A DNA stretch of 64,000 nt from Candidatus Saccharibacteria bacterium RIFCSPHIGHO2_12_FULL_41_12 (GTDB lineage Bacteria > Patescibacteriota > Saccharimonadia > Saccharimonadales > 2-12-FULL-41-12), in assembly GCA_001790445.1 (NCBI GenBank), contig MGCQ01000009.1, positions 150,500 to 214,499 on the forward strand, written 5' to 3'. The notes beneath the pieces are model-generated. The model saw nothing but the letters and a program-made list of their open reading frames with translations. It did no database searches and was not told where the DNA came from. Each line of letters opens with the position of its first letter. The stretch's first letter is position 1. The position numbers were made by a program, and so were the translations under genes. Positions 35,135-45,254 of the stretch are shown one piece after another.

Positions 35135-36172
35135 ATGAACAAAAAAAGTTTAATTAATTATTACGGTATATCGACGCTTATTAGTCTTGTTCTAATAGGT
35201 TTGGTTGGTCTAAAACTAGGCATGAGTGCGTTAATTTTAACTCTGATTTTGGTAGCACTGGAGATTACCTTCAGCTTTGACAACGCTGTGATTAACGCCA
35301 AGATTTTAAAAGATATGAGCAGAAGCTGGCAACGAGCATTTATTTGGCTAGGCATACCAATAGCTGTATTTGGAGTTCGAATATTATTACCCCTGCTAGT
35401 TGTTTCTATGGTTACAGGTTCAAATATTGCAGACATGACTAATTTGGCGCTCAATAACCCAGAAGAATACGCATTAAAGATCAACGACGTAAGATATATG
35501 ATATATAGTTTTGGCGGAGTATTCCTGATGATGTTAGCGCTGGATTTTTTCTTTGAACACAAGAAAGTCCGCTGGCTGAAAAAGGTAGAGACGATAATGA
35601 TGAAGGCTGGAACTATGGAAGGTCTGACGGTGATGATCTCAATTTTTGCACTGCTACTTGCTACTAATTTGGTAGATAGTGAGCACAAAACCGATGTGTT
35701 GATCTCTGGGATGGTCGGTATGTTCGTATATTTATTAATTCGTGCTATGAATATTTTGCTGGCAAGGTCAAACATCCGTGGGAAGGCTAAAAGCGGGCTG
35801 AATAACACTTTCAAGGCGGGGCTGGTGGGTTTTATCTACCTCCAAGTCGTAGATGCCAGCTTTAGTATGGACAGTGTTATTGGGGCATTTGCTATTACCC
35901 AAGCAATCATAATCATCGCCATAGGCCTGGGTATTGGAGCTATTTATGTACGGAGTATGACTATACATATGCTTCGGAGCAACGCACTTGAAAACTACAA
36001 ATACATGGAGCATGGGGCACATTACGCTATCGGAATATTAGCGATAATTATGTTTTTGAACTTGAAATACGAGATTCCCGAATACATTACTGGTCTAAGT
36101 GGAGTTGTCGTCATAACTGCATCGGTATTTTATTCTGTCAAAGAAAAAAGGATAAAACCCGCAAAGTGGTAA
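35135..36172 (+). CDS. TerC/DUF475-family integral membrane protein
   Basis: 345 aa, polytopic. EITFSFDNAVINA and VVDASFSMDSVIGAF resemble the duplicated S-x-DN motifs of the TerC superfamily. Confidence 0.6.
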   Translation: MNKKSLINYYGISTLISLVLIGLVGLKLGMSALILTLILVALEITFSFDNAVINAKILKDMSRSWQRAFIWLGIPIAVFGVRILLPLLVVSMVTGSNIADMTNLALNNPEEYALKINDVRYMIYSFGGVFLMMLALDFFFEHKKVRWLKKVETIMMKAGTMEGLTVMISIFALLLATNLVDSEHKTDVLISGMVGMFVYLLIRAMNILLARSNIRGKAKSGLNNTFKAGLVGFIYLQVVDASFSMDSVIGAFAITQAIIIIAIGLGIGAIYVRSMTIHMLRSNALENYKYMEHGAHYAIGILAIIMFLNLKYEIPEYITGLSGVVVITASVFYSVKEKRIKPAKW

Positions 36173-36175
36173 TAT
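36170..36175 (+). promoter_or_regulatory. -10 box TAATAT, 6 nt before metG ATG 36182
   Basis: agTGgTAATATgtttacATG. It overlaps the stop codon of the preceding gene. Confidence 0.45.
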
Positions 36176-36181
36176 GTTTAC

Positions 36182-37639
36182 ATGGTGAGTGATCAAAAAG
36201 ATAATTATTATGTTTCCACTTCTTTGCCGTATGTAAATGGCCCACCGCATTTGGGGCACGCTATGGAATTTGTTATGGCCGATGTTCTAGCTAGATATGC
36301 TCGCAAAAAGGGGAAAAACGTTATTTTTTCTGCAGGTACCGACGAACATGGCAGTAAAATTGTAGAAAAGGCCAAAGAAGAAAATATATCACCCAGAGAA
36401 CTTGCCGACGCTAATAGTCAGTTATTTAAAGACCTAATGGGCAAACTCAACATTAGTCATGACAGATTTATCAGAACTACAGATGCAGGACATGAGCAGC
36501 GTGCACAATTAATATGGAAAAAACTTGAAAAAGATATATACAAAAATAAATACACAGGTTGGTATTGTACCGGATGTGAAGAATATAAAAATGATGCGCA
36601 TGTTAAGGAAACAAATGGTGTTTGCCCGGATCACAACCGTAAATATGAACAACTAGAAGAAGAGAATTACTTTTTTGCTCTTAGTAAATATGCGGTGCAG
36701 ATCAAACAAGCTATCAATAGTGAAAAAATGCTTGTTATCCCAAAAACTCGCAGAAACGAGACTTTGGCGCTACTCGAAAGAGGTCTAGAGGATATTAGTA
36801 TTAGCCGTCCGAAAGACAAGCTTGACTGGGGCATATCTGTACCGGGTGATGATTCACAGGTTATGTATGTCTGGTTTGAGGCTCTGATGAACTATGTTAC
36901 AGTTTTGGGCTATCCTGAGCATCAAGATTTCAAAGATTTTTGGCCTGCCAACATGCATGTAATAGGCAAAGGTATTAACAGGTTTCATACCGCAATTTGG
37001 CCAGGGATATTGTTGTCACTTGGGGTTGAGTTGCCAAAGGCTGTTTATGTTCATGGTTATGTTGGTGTTGACGGTGCAAAAATGAGCAAAAGCCTGGGGA
37101 ACGCTGTAACGCCAGATTCAATAATTGATGCATATGGTGTTGACGCTTTTCGGTATTATTTTTTACGCCATATACCGTCGTACGGGGATGGAGATTACTC
37201 AAAAGAAAAATTTGAAACAATGCTTAATGCAGAACTTGCCAACGAACTTGGCAACATTGTCAGCAGAACGGCAGCTATGATCGTTAAGTACCAAGAGGGT
37301 CTGATTGGCAATATACCTCCGCCAGAGCATGACATTGCCGAATACACTAAGAATATTGAAAATTGTCATTTTGATCAGGCTCTTGAAATGGTCTGGCAAC
37401 AAATCCGTGGTCTGAATCAATACATTGATGAGCAAAAACCTTGGGTAATGGCCAAATCGGGTGATGCAGATCATCTTGGAGAAGTTCTCTCTTATATTGT
37501 CAGCAGTTTACTGGAAATTGGAGATTTATTGTTGCCTTTTATGCCTACGACAGCAGAAAAAATCATCACAATCTTTAAAACAGGCGTTGTCGCAAAAGAC
37601 TTTGCGCCACTTTTCCCCCGTATCGAAATCAAAAAATGA
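36182..37639 (+). CDS. metG: Methionine--tRNA ligase (short form, no C-terminal tRNA-binding domain)
   Basis: 485 aa. PYVNGPPHLGHA (HIGH), Zn knuckle CTGCEEY...CPDHN, and KMSKSLGN (KMSKS). Confidence 0.9.
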   Translation: MVSDQKDNYYVSTSLPYVNGPPHLGHAMEFVMADVLARYARKKGKNVIFSAGTDEHGSKIVEKAKEENISPRELADANSQLFKDLMGKLNISHDRFIRTTDAGHEQRAQLIWKKLEKDIYKNKYTGWYCTGCEEYKNDAHVKETNGVCPDHNRKYEQLEEENYFFALSKYAVQIKQAINSEKMLVIPKTRRNETLALLERGLEDISISRPKDKLDWGISVPGDDSQVMYVWFEALMNYVTVLGYPEHQDFKDFWPANMHVIGKGINRFHTAIWPGILLSLGVELPKAVYVHGYVGVDGAKMSKSLGNAVTPDSIIDAYGVDAFRYYFLRHIPSYGDGDYSKEKFETMLNAELANELGNIVSRTAAMIVKYQEGLIGNIPPPEHDIAEYTKNIENCHFDQALEMVWQQIRGLNQYIDEQKPWVMAKSGDADHLGEVLSYIVSSLLEIGDLLLPFMPTTAEKIITIFKTGVVAKDFAPLFPRIEIKK

Positions 37640-38427
37640 TTGAGCTGACGGATTCACATTGCCATATTCACTTTGATGAGTATGACTATGACGTTCAGCA
37701 AACATTGTTGGATGCGCGCGTGGCAGGAGTTACCCGGATTGTTGCCGTAGGAACAGATGTCGATAACTCTGTTGAAACAATAGAATTTGCCAGACAAAAC
37801 AATGGCATAATTGCTCTCGTTGGGGTGCATCCTCATGAGGCTACAAAAACACTCGCAGAAAACCAATTTAAAAATTTAGAGAGATTAGTTAAAGAAAACA
37901 TCGATATTATCAGTGGTATTGGTGAGTGTGGGCTGGATTATCACTATGAACACTCAACCAGAAAAGATCAGAAAAGGTTGCTAGAAATGCATCTTGATCT
38001 GGCTGCAAAATATAATTTGCCGATAAGTTTTCATGTGCGTGAGGCGTTTGATGATTTTTGGGCAATTTTAGATAATTCCAAAGATGTTAGAGGAGTGGTC
38101 CATAGCTTTAGTAGTGGGTCAAAGGACATGAAAGCAATAATGGGGTATGGACTTTATGTGGGCATCAATGGTATAATCACTTTTTCCCGGGAGGAAGATT
38201 TGCTTGAATCTGTCAAGCAAGCACCTCTTGAGAGAATGTTACTTGAAACAGATGCGCCGTATTTGACACCAAAGCCATATCGTGGTAAAATAAATAAACC
38301 AGAATATGTGCGGTTGGTGGCCGAATTTTTGAGCAATCTCAAAGGTGTCAATCCGGACATAGTGGCAAAGATAACAACAAATAATGTAGAGGAACTATTT
38401 GGTAGGACAAAGGATGTCTCACAGTAA
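37636..38427 (+). CDS. tatD: TatD-family metal-dependent hydrolase
   Basis: 263 aa. Motifs: LTDSHCHIHF, GECGLDYHY, SFHVREA, VVHSFSG-like VVHSFSSG, LLETDAPYL. It overlaps metG by 4 nt. Confidence 0.85.
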   Translation: MIELTDSHCHIHFDEYDYDVQQTLLDARVAGVTRIVAVGTDVDNSVETIEFARQNNGIIALVGVHPHEATKTLAENQFKNLERLVKENIDIISGIGECGLDYHYEHSTRKDQKRLLEMHLDLAAKYNLPISFHVREAFDDFWAILDNSKDVRGVVHSFSSGSKDMKAIMGYGLYVGINGIITFSREEDLLESVKQAPLERMLLETDAPYLTPKPYRGKINKPEYVRLVAEFLSNLKGVNPDIVAKITTNNVEELFGRTKDVSQ

Positions 38428-38818
38428 CACAACCAGTCAGGTTAGCTCACACGAGCAAGCTAGAACTCCTGCAGAAATTGCTAAAGTGCGATTTTTTGGC
38501 ACTGTCTCTGAAGCTGTGAATAATGTTTTGCGGTTTTCGCTTCCTGCCGAGGAAGATAGTCAAGCAACTGAATTGAATAATTCCCCAGTATCCATAGAAA
38601 GCAATAGTAACACTACCTCAGGACAAGAAGTTAACATGTTAAATGAGACCCAAACTATTACTCAAGAAGTTTCACACGACCCAGTCAGTGGTAATGCGAC
38701 AGTAGATGGTGAAGTTCGTCCTGGTTTGGGGGAGCTACGTAATATGATTGCCCTGAATGCTAGCAGTTCTCATACACTTCAGAGTGATATTTTTCAAGGT
38801 TTAGAGGAGAAATTATAG
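38414..38818 (+). CDS. Hypothetical Ser/Thr-rich protein
   Basis: ORF 38399-38818. I prefer ATG 38414 (MSHSNTTSQ), which has an SD-like AGGACAAAGG upstream. Confidence 0.35.
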   Translation: MSHSNTTSQVSSHEQARTPAEIAKVRFFGTVSEAVNNVLRFSLPAEEDSQATELNNSPVSIESNSNTTSGQEVNMLNETQTITQEVSHDPVSGNATVDGEVRPGLGELRNMIALNASSSHTLQSDIFQGLEEKL

Positions 38819-38820
38819 TC

Positions 38821-39210
38821 ATGTTTGATTGGTTTAGCAACATACTAGGTTTGGTTGGTTCAGGCGATAGCACTGATCGGGCTACAAAACTTAACAATGA
38901 TTTTATCCGTCACGAAGCAAAAATTGGTGGCAAGTTGTTTGGTCCTGTGCCTCGCAATCGACGTCGTGACTTTTTCTGTCTAGACAGCCACACATGGATT
39001 TGGCACGAGGAATGGCTTGATCAAAATGGCCAGAATCATATTCAGACGACGCGTTACGAAGTTAGACCTGACGGTGTAGTCAAGGCTCAGGACGGCCAAA
39101 TGCAGTACCAAAAAGTTGGCGACGAAGAACTCCAGCGCTTGATTAAAGCAGCCAAAATGTACGAGGCTCAAGTTTACCAAGAAATTTATCAGCCCATCTT
39201 CCAATCTTAA
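38821..39210 (+). CDS. Hypothetical protein
   Basis: 129-aa ORF starting 2 nt after the previous stop. No motif recognised. Confidence 0.4.
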   Translation: MFDWFSNILGLVGSGDSTDRATKLNNDFIRHEAKIGGKLFGPVPRNRRRDFFCLDSHTWIWHEEWLDQNGQNHIQTTRYEVRPDGVVKAQDGQMQYQKVGDEELQRLIKAAKMYEAQVYQEIYQPIFQS

Positions 39211-39237
39211 AAGCTTTAATTGTATAATTAAGTTTGA

Positions 39238-40380
39238 ATGAAAAAAACATATTATTTTGACTGCGCCTCTGCCACGCCTATAGACCCAGATGTTGCCAGA
39301 AAAATGCACCAACTTGAAGATGCATGGGGTAATATTTCTGCCCAACATTCCCAGGCACGGCTGGCAAAGAAAGTTTGGGACGAAGCTCTCTCTGCAATCG
39401 CAGATATTCTCAAGATCAAACCAAGCGAAATAATAATTACCTCTGGCGGGACAGAGTCAAATAACTCTGCCATCCACGGCGTTATGCAGGCAGATGAACA
39501 TGCGCAAATGCTTTACTTGGCAATTGAGCATCCATCTATTGGGGAAAAAGCTCAGCAATATAATTCCCGTGAGGTCAAAGTTGACAAAAAAGGTGTACTG
39601 GATTTGGCTGATCTGAAGAAAAAGATCAATGACAATATCAAGCTCATTAGCGTTATGCAAGTGAACAATGAAATAGGCACAATACAACCTGTGCAAGATG
39701 TTGCCCAGGCCGTCAAAGAAATCAAAATAGACAGACAAAACAGAGGGGTTAACCTGCCACTTTATCTGCACACTGACTCTTGTCAAGCAACTAATTATGT
39801 CAGTGTTCTTCCTCACAGGTTGGGTGTGGACATGATGAGTATTAATTCTGGTAAAATCTATGGTCCAAAGGGCGTAGGCATGCTCTATGTCAGTTCAAAA
39901 ATTAAAGAATTTACCCCTTTGTTAGTGGGTGGTGGGCAACAAAGCGGTAGAAGAAGTGGCACAGAAGACGCGGTAGGTGCTTATGGATTTGCTTTGGCTC
40001 TCAAAAAAGCTACGCAGGGTACAAAATTAGAGGAAAAACGTGTTTCTGGTCTCAGAGATAGGCTGATTAAAGCTCTAAAAAACGAGTTCCCAGAAGTAGT
40101 TATCAATGGTTCTTTGAGTCGGAGAATAGCTAACAATGTCAATGTGTCATTTCCAGGACACGATAACGAAACTTTAATGTTGCAGCTTGATGAGCTCGGC
40201 ATATCTGTGGCTACAGGTTCGGCTTGTTCGGCAAGTAGCGAAGAGCCATCGCATGTCCTAGGCGCCATTGGTGCGAGTGAGACCGTAATGAATTCAGCAC
40301 TTCGCATCACATTAGGACGACAAACAGATGATCAATCTATAAATTTTCTTATCAAATCACTAAAATCAATCATCAAATAG
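39238..40380 (+). CDS. Cysteine desulfurase (class V aminotransferase, IscS/NifS-like)
   Basis: 380 aa. Motifs: YFDCASATPIDPDV, ITSGGTESNN, HTDSCQA, the PLP-Lys region INSGKIYGPKGVG, and the active-site Cys in ATGSACSAS. Confidence 0.85.
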   Translation: MKKTYYFDCASATPIDPDVARKMHQLEDAWGNISAQHSQARLAKKVWDEALSAIADILKIKPSEIIITSGGTESNNSAIHGVMQADEHAQMLYLAIEHPSIGEKAQQYNSREVKVDKKGVLDLADLKKKINDNIKLISVMQVNNEIGTIQPVQDVAQAVKEIKIDRQNRGVNLPLYLHTDSCQATNYVSVLPHRLGVDMMSINSGKIYGPKGVGMLYVSSKIKEFTPLLVGGGQQSGRRSGTEDAVGAYGFALALKKATQGTKLEEKRVSGLRDRLIKALKNEFPEVVINGSLSRRIANNVNVSFPGHDNETLMLQLDELGISVATGSACSASSEEPSHVLGAIGASETVMNSALRITLGRQTDDQSINFLIKSLKSIIK

Positions 40381-40389
40381 CCTTATAAT

Positions 40390-41175
40390 TTGAAAGTCAA
40401 TAGCTCAGGTCGTGATATAATTAATTACGAATTCGCTAATGATTATCAGTTGAACGAAAGGGTGTGGGGGATGCCAATTACGCCGACTAAACAAACCAAA
40501 AAAAATAGCAGAAAAGCTAGTAAATCACTGAGTTGGAATAAATATTTTAAGAAATTGTTTTATTATCTAAGCAAACCTTTTGTTGGCTACAAACACTTGT
40601 TGTCCAGAAAGAAAAAAACCACCATATTTCTAACCATTATTTTGGCTCCTATACTCATTTATGCAAGCCTAGTGGCCATAGACTACATTCAATTCAAAAG
40701 GGTAGAGTACATTATTAATAAAATCAACCAAGAAACCATCAAGGAGCTTGGCCAACCAGAGAACTATGGCGCTAGCGGATCATGTGGTTATGCTAATGAC
40801 CTGTACAGGAAAGGTTTGCCAAGTTGTGGTTATGACGGGGGTTTAACATATACAGTCAAAGATGAACAACAAGCTACAGAATATGCAAAGAAATATGAGC
40901 AAATCGTTATTAAAAGCGGGTATTTTAGAGATTATAAATACTACGACCCAATTAAATTTCCAAAAACATTAAAAGGTAAGTATGACGCTGATTCATCTTT
41001 AAGCGTATCTGTATCTCTATTTCCACAAACTGGAACAAAATGTAATTTTGGAATGGGGTACATGACAACAAATAAAACGACTACAGACACCAAGAGCCCT
41101 CATTTAGTTAATTTATCGACAGGATGCTATAAATCCGGCACCCACTGGCAATTTTACAAAGTTCTTACCCCATGA
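40390..41175 (+). CDS. Hypothetical membrane-anchored protein
   Basis: 261-aa ORF. It has a basic N-terminus, one TM (TIFLTIILAPILIYASLVAI) and a Cys-containing extracytoplasmic domain. The real start may be the internal MPITPTK. It overlaps the next gene by 4 nt. Confidence 0.4.
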   Translation: MKVNSSGRDIINYEFANDYQLNERVWGMPITPTKQTKKNSRKASKSLSWNKYFKKLFYYLSKPFVGYKHLLSRKKKTTIFLTIILAPILIYASLVAIDYIQFKRVEYIINKINQETIKELGQPENYGASGSCGYANDLYRKGLPSCGYDGGLTYTVKDEQQATEYAKKYEQIVIKSGYFRDYKYYDPIKFPKTLKGKYDADSSLSVSVSLFPQTGTKCNFGMGYMTTNKTTTDTKSPHLVNLSTGCYKSGTHWQFYKVLTP

Positions 41176-44100
41176 AGAGCTTCGGGCTAGCACGCTCACA
41201 AGTTCTATTATTGACAGGAGCTATACTATTTACCTTAATATCATTAATCACATTGTCACCTGTTGCACATGCAGTCACTAACACATGGGTAGATGGTAGT
41301 CAGCCAGAGCTAGTAAAGGGGGAAGACTACACCCCAGGCACCAATACTTACACATGGCAATCCGCCGGTAACGTAGAGTGTCACTCAGATTCATTCAGCT
41401 ACTATAAATACGAATGGAATAGTCTTTTTAGACGAAATGAGCTTAAGCTGAAGACATTTAACGACCCATGCACCACATCTAATCGATTAGGAGTATATGG
41501 TCAATACATCGATCCATTCGTTGGTGCTTCTTTCCCATATGCGTATAGATCATACGCCGGATATTCAGCCGTCCCGACCAATCCTCTCCTAATGTTCGCA
41601 GACAGCAGGTTCTTTAGTTCTAGTTCTCCAACGATGCTTTATTCCCCAGCGTCGTCAGTCGCAGAGTATGGGGGCATAGCTCCAGTATCATCGGACAAAC
41701 CATTTGAGCTGGAGTATAAATTTGCGACTACGCCACCACAATCACCATATCAAGACAAGCAAGGCAAACCTTTGCCCATTCATGCCATGAACTATTCAAG
41801 CAACGGACAGTGGATGATCGCTGAAGTATTGGGCGCAGGAATAGTCAGGATTAATCTAACAACTAGCCAAGTTCAGCTAATAGATACAGTATACGGTACT
41901 TATGGGCAAGGATTTACACCCTCAATGCAGTTGGCGATCAGTGACGACGGCAACTCCGCTATTTTAAACGAAAAAGTCTATGACTTGGCTACTTGCCAAG
42001 CTTCTCCTTTTACTCTCTATGCATCAAATAATGTGGTTCAGGGTTGCAGATCACGAAATATGCAGAGCCTGTTTTACCAAAGTTTTAGTAATTACGGCGG
42101 TATCTCTGGGCTTAAATTTGACGGAGATAATAAAACTATTAGGGGTATTGTTACAGCGAAAGATAGCGCTGGCGTCAGAAAGAGTAATTATATGTCGCTG
42201 AGTGTGGCTGGGCATACGCCCCAGAAATATAATTATCTAGCTTTGGGCGATTCGTTCGCTAGTGGTGAAGGGGCATATAACTATCGGGCGGGTACGGACG
42301 AGCCAAATAATCGTTGTCACCAGTCGGCCAAAGCTTATTCTGAGATAATCTCTACCCAGTTGGGGCTGAGTAGTCATCATACTGTGGCATGTAGTGGTGC
42401 CAAACTCATTAATATATTACATAATTACGATGAGGACTATGCCCTAAAGAGTAACAGCAGAGAAATTTATTACAACATTAATGAAAAACAGTCGAAAGGG
42501 AAAGAAGATCAAGATGCGTATAATAATGAAATATATAGCAACTTCCTTCCTGGTTATCGTCAACAAATCCGCCATGTAGAAAAGTACAAACCGGATGTTG
42601 TCACAGTATCTGTGTCAGGTAACGATATTGGATTTGCAGGTAAAATCAACATTTGTATTACCAGGTCAACAACTTGTTTTTCCCAGCCTTCAGACAGAGC
42701 TCAGATATTTGAAGAGATCAAGAACCAATATGATCCACTTAAACAAACCCTTCAAGCCATAAAAGACAAGGCATCACCAGGTGCAAGAATTTATGTTTTG
42801 GGATATCCGAAATACTTTCCTGAAGGTGGGGGGTCTAATTGTGCAAAAAACGCTTCATTCGACGACCAAGAACGAAAACTTGCCAATGACATGGTCTCTG
42901 ATCTCAACCAAATGGTTTTGAGAGCAACCCAGTCCGTAGGTGTCAGCTATATAAATGTCGAACAGTCTATGGCTGGCCACTATCTTTGTGGGCAAGCTTC
43001 AAAAGAAGCTTTCAACGGTCTAACCGCGGGTAACGATGCTATTAAAGGCATCGGCTACCCAATAGGCAAAGAATCGTATCATCCTAATGCTTTTGGGCAC
43101 CAGATATTCAGAGAAGAGGTTCTAAAGCAGAGTCAGACATTTTCTCTAAACAACCCTCCCCCAAATGCGTCTATCTCAGAAAACGATATCTCCTCTAAAC
43201 TAACTGCCAGCCTCAGCCCTAGCGATCTGGCTAACATTCCGAATCTACCGATTGCCTATAGTAATCAATATATGGCCCCTGATCTAGTTTATCTCCAGGG
43301 AGGCGGTAATCAATTTAAATTAGAATACGACAACAATCAGAGCATAGTTCTGTCAAATTCTAGATATACTGCGAAAATTCATTCTGATCCGACATACCTC
43401 GCTACTATTGACTCAGATGAGAATGGAAATCTTTCATCAGATATTGTTTTGCCGACAAATCTAGAGCCTGGGCTACACACTCTGCACATAACTGGACCAA
43501 CCAAAGACAACAAAACCTTGGACATGTATAAGACCGTCTATGTTGCAACCTCGGAGACAGACGCTGATGGAGACGGAACTCCAAACGACCAAGAAAAATG
43601 CTTAGTTAATGAGCCAGCCAACGCAGATGAAGACGTGGATGGTATAGATGATGCTTGTGACCCAGAGATTATCAAGTTGTCAGCTAACCCAGATCTAGAT
43701 CCACTCCCGCCACCAGACCAAGTTTCACCTCAAGTTATTGGGCAACCCAGCCGGACACCAGACCTAAACGGTTGGTATAACAGAGACGTATTTATCAACT
43801 GGTCAGCCACAGACCAAGACCCCTCCAGCGGGACTCCGACTCAACCACCATCAACCACAGCTGATCAAGAGGGTGAACATCAATACAGTTCTGCCAGTTC
43901 TTGCGACCCTGCAGGTAATTGTGCTGTCGGTAATTACACTCTTAAGCTAGATAAAACAGCACCAATAATCTCTTATACAATTAGCCCTACGCCGAACAAC
44001 AAAGACTGGAATAACCAGTCATTAATTGTGACTTTTTCCTGTCAAGACTTGGTCAGCGGAGTCCAGTCGTGCTCTCAACCCATACAAGTTAACGCAGAGG

Positions 44101-45167
44101 GCGAGACCATAGTGACCGGCACTACGCAAGATTGGGCAGGCAACGAGTCTTCAATAAATGTGATAGTAAAGCTAGATAAAACCAGTCCAAAACTGTCAAT
44201 TTCTCTACCAACTCCTAATCTGTACGGATGGTATGCTCAAGACGTTGAGCTCACCCCATCTTGTGAGGACGAGACCTCAGGAGTTATTCGTTGTCCTGAC
44301 GTGGTGACAGTAGATTCGGAGGGAAAAAACCAGGTATATAATTTTGAAGTTAGCGATAATGCAGGCAATCAAGCCCAAGCAACTTCGACAATTAGCATAG
44401 ACAAGACCAAACCAATCATTATGACAACGCAGATTAGCAATAATGAGCGATCCCCGTCTGGTACAAGCGAATTAGTTGCTGATTTTGCCGATGGATTGTC
44501 AGGCGTTGTTAGGGCAGAATATTTTATAGGGGACACAGACCCAGGCGAAGGGGATGGAGCAAATGCAGAGATTGATAGCGACGTTGTTCGCGTGACCCTA
44601 GGCAGTAACTATCCACCCGGAATATTTGCGATTAACCTCAGAGTCCAGGACCAAGCAGGTAATTGGAGTACAGCATCAACAGACTACTTAATTGTTCATG
44701 AAAACGCCAGGTTTAGGAGCACATTCTCCGGACTGCTTAGTCTACCTGCTACAACTAACATGCCATTTTTAACAGATCAGACTAAGGACACAAACGCACA
44801 TATTAGTTTGATGGTTGCCTATAACAAAAAAGATCAAATAACAAAATCTAGTAAGCTATATCTACATTATAAAACAGGCACAAAATGTCTCGGACCCCGT
44901 GCAACCAATTGCCACAAGGTAGAATTATCTAGTACAAAAATAGACTGGGCGACTACTGACCAGAATGCCCTAAATAAAGTTTTATTGTTCGGGCAAGGAA
45001 CTTTCGTAGCCGACGGCGTGCGGTCAAACAAATACTTTGCAGGAGAATACTCAAAAGACACGAGGCAGATAACTCTACGGCTGTATGACTCGAAACCCAC
45101 CAGCGTCACCGTCCCACAATATGAAGTCACAGCGCAACTAGTGCATGGGGTAGTTGCAATTAGGTAA
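41172..45167 (+). CDS. Giant secreted protein: beta-propeller-like N-region + SGNH/GDSL hydrolase + TSP3-type Ca-binding repeats + tandem Ig-like domains
   Basis: 1331 aa. Signal peptide. YLALGDSFASGEG (GDSL block I), VSVSGNDIGF (block III), KESYHPNAFGH (block V). DADGDGTPNDQEKC...DEDVDGIDDACDP is the Ca-binding region. There are three repeats of the type (L/I)DKT(A/S/K)P.....W......V.......D..SGV. Confidence 0.7.
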   Translation: MKSFGLARSQVLLLTGAILFTLISLITLSPVAHAVTNTWVDGSQPELVKGEDYTPGTNTYTWQSAGNVECHSDSFSYYKYEWNSLFRRNELKLKTFNDPCTTSNRLGVYGQYIDPFVGASFPYAYRSYAGYSAVPTNPLLMFADSRFFSSSSPTMLYSPASSVAEYGGIAPVSSDKPFELEYKFATTPPQSPYQDKQGKPLPIHAMNYSSNGQWMIAEVLGAGIVRINLTTSQVQLIDTVYGTYGQGFTPSMQLAISDDGNSAILNEKVYDLATCQASPFTLYASNNVVQGCRSRNMQSLFYQSFSNYGGISGLKFDGDNKTIRGIVTAKDSAGVRKSNYMSLSVAGHTPQKYNYLALGDSFASGEGAYNYRAGTDEPNNRCHQSAKAYSEIISTQLGLSSHHTVACSGAKLINILHNYDEDYALKSNSREIYYNINEKQSKGKEDQDAYNNEIYSNFLPGYRQQIRHVEKYKPDVVTVSVSGNDIGFAGKINICITRSTTCFSQPSDRAQIFEEIKNQYDPLKQTLQAIKDKASPGARIYVLGYPKYFPEGGGSNCAKNASFDDQERKLANDMVSDLNQMVLRATQSVGVSYINVEQSMAGHYLCGQASKEAFNGLTAGNDAIKGIGYPIGKESYHPNAFGHQIFREEVLKQSQTFSLNNPPPNASISENDISSKLTASLSPSDLANIPNLPIAYSNQYMAPDLVYLQGGGNQFKLEYDNNQSIVLSNSRYTAKIHSDPTYLATIDSDENGNLSSDIVLPTNLEPGLHTLHITGPTKDNKTLDMYKTVYVATSETDADGDGTPNDQEKCLVNEPANADEDVDGIDDACDPEIIKLSANPDLDPLPPPDQVSPQVIGQPSRTPDLNGWYNRDVFINWSATDQDPSSGTPTQPPSTTADQEGEHQYSSASSCDPAGNCAVGNYTLKLDKTAPIISYTISPTPNNKDWNNQSLIVTFSCQDLVSGVQSCSQPIQVNAEGETIVTGTTQDWAGNESSINVIVKLDKTSPKLSISLPTPNLYGWYAQDVELTPSCEDETSGVIRCPDVVTVDSEGKNQVYNFEVSDNAGNQAQATSTISIDKTKPIIMTTQISNNERSPSGTSELVADFADGLSGVVRAEYFIGDTDPGEGDGANAEIDSDVVRVTLGSNYPPGIFAINLRVQDQAGNWSTASTDYLIVHENARFRSTFSGLLSLPATTNMPFLTDQTKDTNAHISLMVAYNKKDQITKSSKLYLHYKTGTKCLGPRATNCHKVELSSTKIDWATTDQNALNKVLLFGQGTFVADGVRSNKYFAGEYSKDTRQITLRLYDSKPTSVTVPQYEVTAQLVHGVVAIR

Positions 45168-45254
45168 ATGGTTTGATACGGCTTAGATACGCACTACTTG
45201 ATCTAACTTGGCTTATGCAGTACTATGAACAACGGTAATTAGTGCAAATAAAGA

